Assembly: GCF_037042905.1 (NCBI RefSeq)
Contig: NC_087251.1
Coordinates: 620,001-684,000, forward strand
Length of the DNA: 64,000 nucleotides
Direction: 5' to 3'
DNA from: Lytechinus pictus
Taxonomy: Eukaryota
The notes under the pieces: generated by a model
What the model was told of the DNA's origin: nothing
The model's database searches: none
The model's input: only the letters and a program-made list of their open reading frames with translations
Shown: positions 26,003 through 38,725 of the stretch, in pieces
Position numbering within the stretch: the first letter of the stretch is position 1
Layout: each line of letters begins with the position of its first letter
Program-made: the position numbers and the translations under genes

Positions 26003-29000
26003 GGTACCGGTACGTATGCATATATAGCCGTCCGTGGTTATGCATACGTAATAATGAGCTGTGTAGACGAACTTTCCGATCGGTGTTTTTTGCTCTTAGA
26101 ATTGTTTATTCCTCACAAAATTGGTCTTATTTTATAGATAAGGCTTTGAAATTCCTGATCAGTTAAATAAAATGCACATTTAACGTATTTTGAAGGCCGA
26201 TATTTAGCTTAGAAAAAAGGATTTTTTTCAAGAAATATATGTCATTATGTGAATAAATGGAGCGTATTTTTGCATAGAAATCACACTTGCGCAAATTGAT
26301 ATCATAATCAATATAAAGCGTAGACATTCTTCTTTATGACTGAAAAAGAATTGTGAAATTTCATGATGTAGCAAAGTCAGGAACCACAAAAAACCAAGGC
26401 AATGTCCATCGCAAAATGATTGGAATTGCAGTAGAATTGCCGACGCGTTCTGATTGGTCAACAGCGGCGCACAGACTTACAACATTATTTAGCATTAAAA
26501 ACCCGGAAGTGGTACGAAAGTGATCTATGGCGACTTGTGTAAGCACAATGTTTTGATGAGTGCAGGGACCCTGGATCGAACCCGCCGGAACGTGGTTTTT
26601 TTTTTTTCTCGGGGGGGGGGGGGGGGGTGTGGTGGGGATATATTTTTTATTTTTCTTTAAATCATATTTCTTCCCCGTTCCTACCCAGCTTTATTCTCTT
26701 TCATGTGAATTTCTATTTAGGCCTGTATTATTTAATCATGGAGCTATTAATAACTCTATGATTAAATCTTACTTCTTCTTAATCACTTTTGATTTTCAAG
26801 TTCTTGATTAAATTATTTGGGCAGGAGTGGGAAGGGAAGTGAGTTAAAGTAGGACAAGTGTACATCAACAAAAAATTCTTTGAATAAATAGAGAAATTAC
26901 CCTTTTTTAACACAAAACAGTTATATACACAAAACAATTGTATGCAAATAGAGTTGATTTTGTCACTCACATCACATTACTTTCTAAATTTTGGTTGCAT
27001 TTTATTATATCAATTCTAGCAAATTTGATATAAAAACTCTTCATAGAATCACAATAGGTTACATTCATGGAAACTACGAATGTAAATGGAGGAATTAAAA
27101 TCCCTCTTAAAATTTGTCAAAGAAAATGAGAAAATCAAAATAAAATATACATGTGATGATCATGTATCAAACAAAAAAATACACAAGAAATTAGAGTGTG
27201 TGTGACATAATCAGTTCTGTAATTTGCACATTGACCAAGATGAGCATATAATTGTTTAATAAAATTACCGGTAGGCAAATTTCTCAATGTCAAAATAGTA
27301 ATTTTTGAATTTTTGAATCATAGTTTTTATTAAATTTTCTGCAATACTTTATTTTTCTTTAAATTCAAATTAATTTTTTGGAGGGGTGGACTTCTCCTTT
27401 ACTCTTTGCATGGAATGTAGGAAATGCACATTAATATTTATCCACGAACAAAATTGTCTAAACATATGCAAATCAGTAATTGGACACATGTTCACTTTCC
27501 TTTCATCTAGGCCACTCCCTCACATCCACCAGGTTTACAGTCTTATAACAAAAATGATGAATTAATTATAATACCATCACACCATAGCTCCATGATCACA
27601 CAACATTCACACAGTGCTTCACAACAAATATTTTACTTCTGTTCATACATGCAATAATTACTGAGGAAAACAAAAACAAGGCGTAACCACATTCGAATAC
27701 CGTTTAAAAGGACAAATATATTACACCTTTCGAGAGAAAAAAAATTGTGAACATACATAACACTTAACCTTCAGCACATTGGATAACATTTAACAGAGTT
27801 GCTTGAGAACAAAATATAATTATGGGGCATTGCAAGAACTTATGTTCAATTGCAAATCAACTGCATGTTTGTGTTTCATCAAAGGACTTACCCTTGATTT
27901 TGGAATGTGTGAATGAGTAGAAAGTTTCTTGCAATGCACTAATAGTAACATTAAAAATGTTCTTTGGTTTTAAATTGTGTATTCTTATTTTTGTTAAGCT
28001 GTATTCCTGTCCACGTCAGTATTCTTAGTCCTCCCAAAAACTGTGCTCTAATTTTTTTGTTTCCAATATCGATAAAGATCAATTTACTGTTGTATCATTA
28101 TCAGTTCAAAATTTGCAAACGAAAAATTGCTTTGTCCAAATCAGTATGACCGTTATAGTACGATGGAATCTCCCAGAATGAAGTAGCGAGCAGAGACCAG
28201 AGTCAGCAAGTGTGCAGATCCGTGTGGAGAAGAGACAAAAAAAAAGAGAGAAATAGTCTAAATTACTAAATAATCATTCAAAGTACATGTATGAATTATT
28301 TTACATGTAAGTCAAGAGACTAATAATGGTACTGTCTGCAACAGCCACAATTTTTTTATTTGAACAAAATGGTTTATAAATACTACTGAGTACGGTAGTA
28401 CCAGACTTATTAGTTTGACTTTAAACTGTTTATATTCTGTAGAGTAGACTGTCTAAGCTAATCATCATTTCATTCTTAACCGCAGCCTGGGGCAAAAATC
28501 ATCATGGGACTCAACTTCGACTAATTAAGAAAAAAGGTTAACATTTTTTTTCAACATAAATCAAGAAATATCTCAATCTATAAAAACTTGATGGAATTCG
28601 GAAACCTGATAATCATTAAATAAAACTTTAGAAGAGATCTACTTATTGAGCTTCGTTTATATTAAGTCTTAATTAAATTACAAAAAAAAAACAGGTCCAC
28701 CGTCCACACAGTCACATAAATAATGCGAGCCATCTGTCATCATTACAGAAGTTTCAACGTATGGGACCAAAGGTGAAATCCCACCAACCCACGACGAACG
28801 TAATTTTTGCATTATTTCGCACCATCGTAGAGTGAACGAGAAGGTTACTTCCGGGTAAAACGTAAATTTCTTGATTTTTAGGGTATCATTTTCTCTAAAA
28901 TTAAAATATAAGGTGAGTTTGCGTCAAATTGGTTCTGACATATTTTGAACAGTGACTTTTCTTCTTTATAAAAAACCCCCATCGAAACAATTTGGTTATG

Positions 29001-30520
29001 TAGCAAAGTCAGGAACCAAAAGTGAAATTCCGACTACAAAATCGTAGTTAGAATATTACTAAAATAAGCATCAATTAAAGAGGTAAAAATGGTAGGTTGA
29101 AAAGGTCGAAATATGAAAAATTATATATCAAAATGTAGATGAAGGCCTTGAGTATAACTTACCACAATTCGTTTCGACGTAAACTGAAGTTAGTGACCAG
29201 TACAGAGCTATAACTTCAGCCCCTCCAATTCACTGGGAAAATCAAGCCAAATTGATCGCACGTTTTCCTTCGGATACCGCTAGAGGGCTGCTGAATAAAT
29301 CTTCGTGAATATGCTCATTATCGAGCGAGCTGCGGTCTGACTGAAAAACAAGGCGAAAATATCCAAGTTTTACATTATTTATCTCTAAAATGACAGAAAA
29401 TGCTTAAAATATTCATATAACATAGTTTTGCATTAACAATTGATATATTTTCTAACGGAGATATGGGCCTGATTTGCTGAAGTTCAATCTCGTCCACTCC
29501 TTCGATCGAATAATGAGGTGTGGTGTATAGTTGGTGATCGTCGACGGCTAGTTCTCAAGGTACCCGTGCGCGAGGTTTACCGTGAGTAACGTTAGAGCCA
29601 TCGATCGGCAGCGCATCGATAGAACTTGATGAGCGTCACGATACGAACGCGAGCATATATTATTGGAAAGTGCCATGGAACATGCAGCTAACAAGAAAAA
29701 ATAAAATAAGATATCAAACACGAACTTATTACCAACATCTGCTCAGATTCGATATAAAAACTTAGAATTTACTCATTATATGATATAAGAAAAAAAATCA
29801 CACAAATTTGTTCTTACATCATTATAATCAAGGATATCTTTACCCGTCCGGCGCGCGTCCAGAATCATGATGTAATTTGTCGCGCACGAAAATAATTGTT
29901 TTTCGTGGAGGGGTATGCGGCAACTGCGATGCAAAGAAAATGGTTGGTAAATATAAAATAATGTTATCATATTCATAATTTTCATAATATTTGGAATAGC
30001 AAGTGTGATTTTTTCTTGATTGTATTTCCTCTAGTTGTCATTTTTAAAGCACTGAAATAAAGGTGTCCGGCAATAGGATACACTGCCATACGTAGGAACG
30101 TCCTAGGAGTAGGACCATTCTTGGAGATAGGAAGATTGGCGACAAATCAGCGCTTTCCGTTTCACGAAGGCAATTGTGTCTTCCAAGTCCGCGACATCGT
30201 TTGATATCGATAGTATCGGAAAAATCTTTAGTCTTCATCGTCACCTGAACTTTTTATTTCGGAATGATGACTTTAAAATTTAAAATCATATATTTCAATA
30301 AAAGGAGATCAAATAATGTTTTATTTATTAGTGATTGTATTATTGATGTATGGAGCTTACTTAATGAGGTAAAAAGAGAAAAAAATTTAAAGATTCACAA
30401 ACATAACTGGATAAAATCCAAATTTTCATTATTTCCCTTATCACATAACTGGATAAAATTCAAATTTTGATCTTTTCTGAGTCATATCTTATCCTTCTAC
30501 GTAGACCTATTATTCCTTAA

Positions 30521-31017
30521 AGGGGAAGTTCACCCTGAAGAAAACTTTGTTGTAAAAATAGCAGAAAAAATAGTAAAAAATATTGGTGAAGGTTTGAGGA
30601 AAATCTGTTAAAGAGTAAGAAAGTTATTAGAGTTCTCAGTTTTGGATTTGTGACGTCATTAACGAGCAGCTGCCCCATGTGTTATGTAATATAAAATGCA
30701 TGAATTTCAAATTTTGTATGGTTCCTGATGACTTAATTTTGTTTTCTATTCATGATCGTGTGTAAAATGATTTGTCTATTGATATACAAAAGGTACAGTG
30801 AAAACCATTTTCAATTTTCTGAGAAAATGACATTTCATTGATTTTTTACCATTCGCTATGTAGAAATGCTGCTCGCATATGACGTCACAAATCAAATAAT
30901 TGAAATTCTAATAACTTTTCAATTATTTAATGAATTTTTCTCAAACCTTCGGCAATATTTTTTAGTATTATTTCTGCTATATATACAATAAACTTTTTGT
31001 CAGGGTGAACTTCCCCT
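30521..31017. mobile_element. TTAA-targeting palindromic MITE (Kolobok/T2-like)
   Basis: TTAA|AGGGGAAGTTCACCCTGA ... TCAGGGTGAACTTCCCCT|TTAA; inverted arms extend ~150 bp. Confidence 0.88.
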
Positions 31018-31251
31018 TTAAATAGTACTTACCTTTGCCAGTGATTTGATGCTAGCGTGTGTTCCAGCAGGTACTGGTGGCACTATGAAGTAAATTATCC
31101 CCCACTAAAATTTTCAGGTGCCCAGTCCCCGCCTGTTTTCGACACCTTAACCCGGGGTGAGTAAAACTCGTGATGACTGGGACCTAATGACCACCTTGCA
31201 AATGACATTGTTCATTTAATCTCTGTTTCTTTCTCTTTATCCTTTGTATAG

Positions 31252-31362
31252 TTTGTTAAGTGCGGTTTTGCAGGGACCAACTTTCCCTCTCACATCTTTC
31301 CTTCACTGGTTGGAAGGCCTATTATCAGATCAACTGCTAAAGTTGGTGATATAGAAATCAAG
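31252..31362 (+). CDS. ACTR2: Arp2 exon 2
   Basis: pyrimidine tract + t[39 protein letters not shown] (111 nt); GTGAGT donor. Confidence 0.97.
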
Positions 31363-32303
31363 GTGAGTAACTGAGTAACCACTCTTTCAATCATCGAGTC
31401 AAAGATCTATCCTGAAATTTCAATTTTTAGGCATTTTAAGTGTAAAAAAAAGAGGGAAATATTCAGATTTGACTCACTTTAATGTAAGTATTTATCAATG
31501 GCCAATGTTTTATTTTGAACATTCTTTCACAGTTGGCCATCGCTTAAATAGTCTACATGTACATGTACATATAAAGTAATTCAGTTTAAAGAAGGACCCT
31601 TCAAATAAAACTCATAGCAAAAGAGATATATTGTGATTGAAACTACTATTCTTTTTCGCAATTATCATGCACATGATTGTCCTTTGACAGTGTGACAGTA
31701 AGTAAGAATATTTGGTGTTCTTTAAGTGGTTCATTGGCTCATACCTTTTACTGGTAAAGCAAAGCCAAAACAGTATTGACCCTTCCTGTTATTCGAAATG
31801 TTACCAATAGATTCTTAAAGCACAGCTCTGGCTTCGAACATTACATGTAACTTATTGAAATGGTAATTAGTAATGGGTATCAAATAAAAAAAGAAAAAGA
31901 ATTAGAACGAGGGAAGATAAATGCAAATTTACATAGCTTTTTTCTTCAGTTTTTGGCAGGATATAATAGACGGGTCGATATACGGTTTGACCCGGAACAA
32001 ATTGCAACAAATGATTTTTCAACTGTTTCTGGCAGTATTTGACCTCAGGAAAAACATACTAAAAATCTACCAAAATCTGCACATGGGAAAGTGGTTATTT
32101 TCAAGATGGCGTCCAAGATAGCCGCCATTCACTGAAAATGGATATAAGTCACTCATTATCCACCCTAGAATCCTATTTGATTTCATATTCCATGGTACAG
32201 TGGGTAAACGAATTTGTTGAAACAAGTTAGAGTGAATATTAGCAATCTAGGGTACCAGAAAAATCCAAGATGGCGCCCAAAATGGCTGCCGTGGGCTAAA
32301 AAA

Positions 32304-32743
32304 TCCTCCCATTGGCAATGCGACCAAGATCTGTGATGTCAGTCACGTACAACTCCCTCATTACTTTAGTACTTATTTCACTTATATTCTCACTTTTATA
32401 GAGTCTATCACAAGGTGAGGTGTTCTTTTTATGAGAGGACAAGTACAGAGGTTTCACAACATTATATCATTGATGAATCGTTTGTCATATGATTAGAATG
32501 AGCAAAAAGAGATGTTTTGGGGTATATTTTCAGTGTCCAAAAGGGGAGAGTTGTTCATCTGTGACATCATAGATCTTGGTCGCATTGCCAATAGGAGGAT
32601 CTCCATAGCATTAGTGATCTCGACATTCAAATGCTCATAACTCTTCTATTGCTAGTCCTATTTTACTCAAACTTTTGTTGATCTTATTCTTTGATTTTTC
32701 TGCTTTCACAAAAGCTAACTTGCTCCAAGAGTTTCATTCTCCT
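32304..32743. mobile_element. Left-truncated TTAA MITE (Kolobok/T2-like)
   Basis: Ends ATTCTCCT|TTAA; internal inverted repeat ATTGGCAATGCGACCAAGATCT (32311) / AGATCTTGGTCGCATTGCCAAT (32571). Confidence 0.65.
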
Positions 32744-33625
32744 TTAAGTGGCTTTAATTTGGTATCTATTCAATGGTTTTACTGGCGAAGTAGTACATCG
32801 GGACAAGTTACAAGGATAGTCAGTGGTCTGGTGTGTCCAAAAGTCCAAGATGGCTTCCAAAAATTGAGTTTAAAATGGCTGTTAATGCTTAAAATGGACA
32901 TAGCTCATATCACATCCACCTGAGAGATATGATTTTGGTGTCTAGACCATGGTTTCAATGGTCAAATAATACACTGGGATAAGTTACAAGGACAGTCAGT
33001 GGTCCGATATGTTCAAAAATGCAAGATGGCTTCCAAAAATGGAGTAAAAAAATGATGTTGCTACTTTAAAAAACAAACATAGTTTTTTCATTATCCGGGA
33101 ATATGATTTTGTGCCTACACCAAGGTTAAATGGGTCAAATAATACATTGGGATAAGTTGCAAGGACGATGGGTGGTCAAGTATGTCCAAAAGTCCACGGT
33201 GGCTTTAAAAAATAGTATAAATTAGCCGCGCTGGTATTTACAAAATGGACAAAGTTCATGTAATATCCGTCAAGGGCATATGATTTTGATGACTAATCCA
33301 TTGTTTTAAAGTCAGAAAATTAGTTACAATGACAGTCAGTTGACTAGTATGTCAAAAATCCTAGATGGCTTCCAAAAATCGGAATTTTAAAATCACCGCT
33401 TCTACTTTAAATTGACATACCGGTACTTCATTTAAAATCCACCAAGGAAATATAATTTCGGTGTCCACACTATGGTTTCATGGTTAAAATAATACGTTTG
33501 GACTGGTTGCATTGATATGCAGTTGTCCAATTTGCCTAAATATCCAAGAGGGTTTTCAAAAAAGGCATCTGAAACGACTCATATCACTCAATAGTGGTAA
33601 GAGTTCTACAATATCTACATGTATC

Positions 33626-35154
33626 CAGGGCTCCACACTAACCCATTTTTTCTACTGGTCCAACCTATTCATGTCGGACCAGTAGATACCCAGTTTTTCA
33701 AATTTTTACTGGTCCGAACCTAAAATCTACTGGTCCCAAAATATAATGAAAACATTAAAAAAGGCGCAATTTTATTTTTCTAGCGTTTTGTTACCCCCCC
33801 CCAAAAAAAAAAAAAATGAAGGAATGAAGGACAAAAAGAAAGCAAGACAGAAACGAAGAAAGAAAGGAAAGAAAGAATAAAAGAAAGGAAGGAAGGAAGA
33901 AAAAAAAAGAAAAGGTAAAGAAAGGATAGATGTGAAGGAAGGGAAAAAAAGAAAGAACTAAAGAAGGAAAGGAAGGAAGGAGTAAAGAAGGAACAAAAAT
34001 AAGAAAGAAAGAAAAGAAAAAAGAAATGAAGCAAGCAATACAGAAAGTAGTAAAGGAAAGAAAGAAGCAATAAAAAAGAAAGGGTAAAAGGAGAGATGGA
34101 AAGAAGGACAAAAGAAAGAAAGAGAGGAAGGAAGGAATTAAGGAAGAAATAAAGGAAAGGTAAAATGATAGACAGAAGGAAAGAAATAAAGGAAGGAAGG
34201 GAAGGAAATAAGCAAGCAATATAAAACAAGAAAAGATGAAAGGGAGAAAAAAGAAGGACTGAGAGACAAAGAAAGGAAGGAATGAAAGAATAAAGGAGAG
34301 AAAGGAAGCAAGCAGTCAAAAAAAAAGGAAAGGTAAAAGGATAGATTTAACAAAGGGAAAAAGGAAAGAACAAGACAGATAGACAAAAGGAAGGAATGAA
34401 TTTAAGAGAGAGAGAGGGCTGAAAGAAGGAAGAAATAAAAAAATAAAAAACAAGAAAGGGTAAATAAATGATGGATGGATGGAAGGAAGAAAGAAAGAAA
34501 CAAAGAATGAAGGAAAGAAAAGGGTAAAAAGAAGGAAGGAAAGAAAGGAAGAAGAGAAGAGATGAATATAGGATGGATGGACTCAAGAATTAAAGAAAGG
34601 AAAATATCACACACACACACACACAAAAAAAGAGAGAGAGAAAAAAGAAATAGAGAAAAAAATGACAGAGTTACTCCAAATTTTAGGAAATATGGACATT
34701 ATAAGAGCCTTTCATGAGTATGAATCGTGAATTTTGACAGTTCTGTGAGAGATTTCTGCCAGAGTTTAGCCAAGCTTCGTTCGCGCAGCCAGTAGAGAAT
34801 TTACCACGTGGGTTGTGTGGCTGGCTACATGTACACTGTATGCTACTTTAGTAACACTTGCGTGCGATTCATTCTGTGTGTATTCTGTGTGTGAATGACA
34901 GAATTTAACGGGGGGAAATGGTTTGCAGTGAATTTGACCATTTCTAGAAAAGTTATTGGCTCAACAATGGTTTTTATTACTGGTCATGTCGGACCCTTAA
35001 ATCTTGCTATTTTTGGAAAAATTACTGTCCCGACAATGATATTTTTTACTGGTCATGTCGGACCAGTAAATCTTCCTATTTCTGAAAATCTACTGGCCCG
35101 ACAGCGATTTTTACCGGTCTGGGACCGTCGGACCGGCGCTAGTGTCGAGCCCTG
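33626..35154. mobile_element. TIR element with 7-bp TSD (P-like) carrying a ~0.85-kb polypurine tract, copy 1
   Basis: ATGTATC|CAGGGCTCCACACTA ... TAGTGTCGAGCCCTG|ATGTATC; repeated TACTGGTC subterminal motifs. Confidence 0.9.
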
Positions 35155-35750
35155 ATGTATCTGTAAGAAATAATGTTGGTGTCTAAATTGTGGTAGGAAA
35201 GGTCAAATAATACATTCGAACAAGTAACAATGATGGTTACTATTCCATTTTGTCAAAAAATCCATGATGGATTCTAAAATTTTATCAGAATGGGTGCTGT
35301 TACCAACTCATGAAACAATATGATAACTTATCCCTATGTATTTAAGTGTAGGCACCAATATTATTTCTCACGAGTGGATATTGTAGGAACTAATATGTCC
35401 ATTTTTAAGTAACGGCAGTCACTTTAGAACCCATTTTTTAAAGCTAACTTGGATTTCAAGGCAAAATGGATAACTGCATATCATGGTTACCAGTCCCAAA
35501 GTATTCTTTGACCCTTGAAACCCTAGTGTAGAACAAAAATAATATCCCCAAGGTGTATTTGTAATGTTCTATATCCACTTTTGAGTAACAACAGTCATTT
35601 AAGACCCCAATTTTTAAAGCCATCTTCGATTTTTGGACATACCTGACACATGACTGTCCTTTCAACTTAACCAAAATGTATTACTTAACCCTTTAAACTC
35701 TAGTGTAGACAGCAAAATCATACCTCCAAGATGTATTTCTAATAAACTAT

Positions 35751-36567
35751 TAGGGACAGTGATTTTCCGTTTCAAAAAATTGCCTTTTCCGTTTCAGAAA
35801 ATCTCAAATTCCGTTTCAGCATGTCAGAAAACGGAAATTCCGTTTCCCCATAGACTTTGTACACACGGAAAAAACTGACAATTCCGTTTACACATTAAAT
35901 AGCAAAATCACAACACGCACACTCGCACTGGTCAAAATTAGTATCTGCTACTGTACCAACAACACAGTAAAATCCGTTCTAATCGGATCTATGCGGGTGC
36001 ATAAAATATTTTTACACACCCATTTTGCATGTATACATCCTCACCTTTCATATTATTAGCATAAATAATAAATAGCATTTCACGGTGAAATGATATTTCA
36101 TCGATAATTTTGGGGTTTTTTGGACATCGTTATCATCAACCAACGGCTTTTGCCAATCCCCCATCTTGGATTCTAAGACCACGATATCGTGCTGTTACAT
36201 CTTCAAACGTAGAGGGCAGCAACACACGACCGTGTACATGTAGTTGAACGATATGTGTGCATGTGAAGCCCAACCCGGGCGGCCGGGTACGGTGCGGGGT
36301 ACAATCGAGTGTGCTGATGTCGAGTGCAGTCACGATGGTGAATTGTCATGATAGTAGCGAAGTGAGATCGTGTTTTCTGGGGTTTTTTTGGCCATTTAAT
36401 ATTCTCATTTTCTTGTGATTTTTGAGTAATTTCTGTTGCTATTCTGTGTATTTTGAGGGAAAATACGTTTTTTGTGATTTTCCGTTTGAAATGCCACTTT
36501 CCGTTTCAAAAGGCCCTTTCCGTGAATTCCGTCCGTTTTCCGCGATCGCGGAAAATCACTGTCCCTA
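35751..36567. mobile_element. TIR element with 6-bp TSD (hAT6-like), copy 1
   Basis: AACTAT|TAGGGACAGTGATTTTCCG ... CGGAAAATCACTGTCCCTA|AACTAT; TTCCGTTT subterminal repeats. Confidence 0.9.
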
Positions 36568-38229
36568 AACTATGTATACTTTTAAGTAACAACAGTCAAT
36601 TTACACCCCATTTTTTGAAAAGTCATCTTAGATTTTTTAACATACACACATTCGACTGGTCTTGTAACTTACCCTAGTGTATTACCTGACCCTTTATACC
36701 AAGGTTTAGATATCAAATTCGTATTCCCCAGACAGATATTGAACAAACCATGTCCTTTTATAAGTAACATCAGACATTTTTTACTCCGTTTTTTGACGCC
36801 ATCTTGTAATTTTTTAACATACACACATTTGACTGGTCTTGTAACTTACCCTAGTGTATTACCTGACCCTTTATACCAAGGTTTAGATATCAAATTTGTA
36901 TTCCCCAGACAGATATTAAACAAACTATGTCCTTTGATAAGTAACATCAGACATTTTTTACTCCATTTTTGGACGCCATCTTGTAATTGTGAACATACTA
37001 GACCACTGACTGTCATTGTAACTTGACCTACAGTATCGCTCGAAATAAAGTTGACAGATAACGCACGTGAAACGCGCTAACCGATGTGGGTCTGACTATC
37101 GCAATATTCACGCGCGTGAACGTCAGGCCAGTCTGTGGCAGATATCGCCGTGTTCTTGCCGGTGATTCGGCGCACGGCCACGGCCGCGAACTACTGTCTC
37201 GAGCTGCGATAATTATCGCGATAGGACTCCAATCAGCGAACCTTTTCTATATCATTCGCAAAGATTATGGGCATAGATTATTTCTTTGAATTACATTTTC
37301 GATAACTGATTGGCTTGGAAAACAACTCACATGTAGCGATCAGTGGAATCGCTCTGCTTTAGAATAAGAATCTAGAATCTACTCGGCCGCGCATCACATG
37401 CCTGGCCAGGCCAGCAAACAATCTTGGTTCCTGGCCTCAGTTCTCCGCCGTACGCGCGCGCGTGCGAAATGAAATGGGTTGATAGACGCTGACTACGAGT
37501 TTGTGTGCCAGCGCAGCTGTCCCAAGCAAAGTACTTAAATTGTTAACGTTGAAATAAATTACTCACAATCGTCCCTCAGACCATGGACCTATTACATGCT
37601 CAGACCCAACCAATAATTATCCATTTTGTTTCTTCCTTCTCCAGCTCTAGCTAGGGTCCGAGTATCTGCCTGATGTTGACTCTTTGCTGGCTGAGCCAAA
37701 TCTCAAGGCCCGTATTTAGAGTCACATAGCTTTTTGCATCATTATTATTACTACTACTACTATTATTTCTATTATCATTATTATCATAATCATCGATGTT
37801 ATCATTAATTCGACCACTATACCGGGTTTTTTTTTCTAATGAGACCCGAGCCCTATAATGGATTGATTTAACTTGCGTGCAATTACACGAATGTAAGCTA
37901 AGAATTACCAAAATATGGACCTCTTAAGTGTTAAAAAATAGATTTAGTGATTTTGTTTCAAGCATGATAATTGTTTTGAGGGAATATCACATAATTTACC
38001 TCCCTATAATTCTCTCTTTTCTTCCTATTTCTCCACCCGTTATGATAATTTTGTGTTCATTCATTAATAGAGAGTATACTGAAAGAAAGAATAGAAAAAC
38101 ACAATTACAATTATTATTTGCAGCTCATCAGTACGATGCAGCATTAACTTAAGTTTACGTTTGAAACAATAATTGAGTGAATAATTCGTCGAATTAGGCA
38201 GTCTTTAAATCAGTTTTCTGAGTATCTTA

Positions 38230-38725
38230 CGTGATGACAGTGATGGTTATTATGATCGTGATGACAGTGATGGGTATTATGATCGTGATGATGATATCGA
38301 AAAGAAAGGTAATGACGGTGATCATGATGGTGATGATTGTGATTGTAATCCTAACGATGATGGCAATGACAAGAATGGTGATGATGATAATTATAATGTT
38401 GAGATTATGATGATGGTAATAATGATCTTAATAATTGATCATTAGAATTATGAAATAATCCCGAGAATAGCAATAATAGTGATGATCATGGGCGGCGGAT
38501 CAGAAGATAATATTTTGCGATGGGGGACAAATATTGATGCACCCTATGAACATAGGATATATCCCCTGCTTCGGCCCCCTCGGTGATGATTAATTAATGT
38601 TTTATGATGTTGACGGTGATAATGATAGTGATGAAGGTGCCGAGAATAATTATGATAATAATCCTAAAAGTTTGATGATTACAATAATTATATGTCAATG
38701 ATGATTATGGCGATGGTGATGACAT
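38230..38725. repeat. Degenerate (GAT/AAT)n low-complexity region
   Basis: Runs of GATGATGGT/GATAAT. Confidence 0.7.

Larger units (their letters stand above)
21647..29343. mobile_element. 7.7-kb TIR-bounded element, unclassified, no transposase seen
   Basis: Left end CAGTCAGTCCGCAGCCCG vs reverse complement of right end CAGTCAGACCGCAGCTCG; apparent AAAA duplication; precisely interrupts element A. Confidence 0.8.
21506..30090. mobile_element. Element 'A' copy 2, split by a 7.7-kb insertion (own sequence 21506-21646 and 29344-30090)
   Basis: The two halves align colinearly with 13587-14768 and rejoin at CAAGATTG(T/C)AAAA|ACAAGGCGAAAA. Confidence 0.85.

Noticed and set aside
13587..30090. 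Segmental duplication or assembly error explaining repeats on both sides of the promoter
   Set aside because: Shared blocks have TE termini, distinct TSDs or flanks, and independent internal changes
31698..31708. Microexon candidate gacAG|TGTGACA|GTAAGT in Arp2 intron 2
   Set aside because: 7 or 11 nt, frame-shifting in a phase-0 intron; no supporting homology
33780..34626. Long F/L/S-rich ORFs (up to 179 aa), also at 47082-48185
   Set aside because: Translations of the polypyrimidine strand of a TE-borne low-complexity tract; open in several frames with no domain
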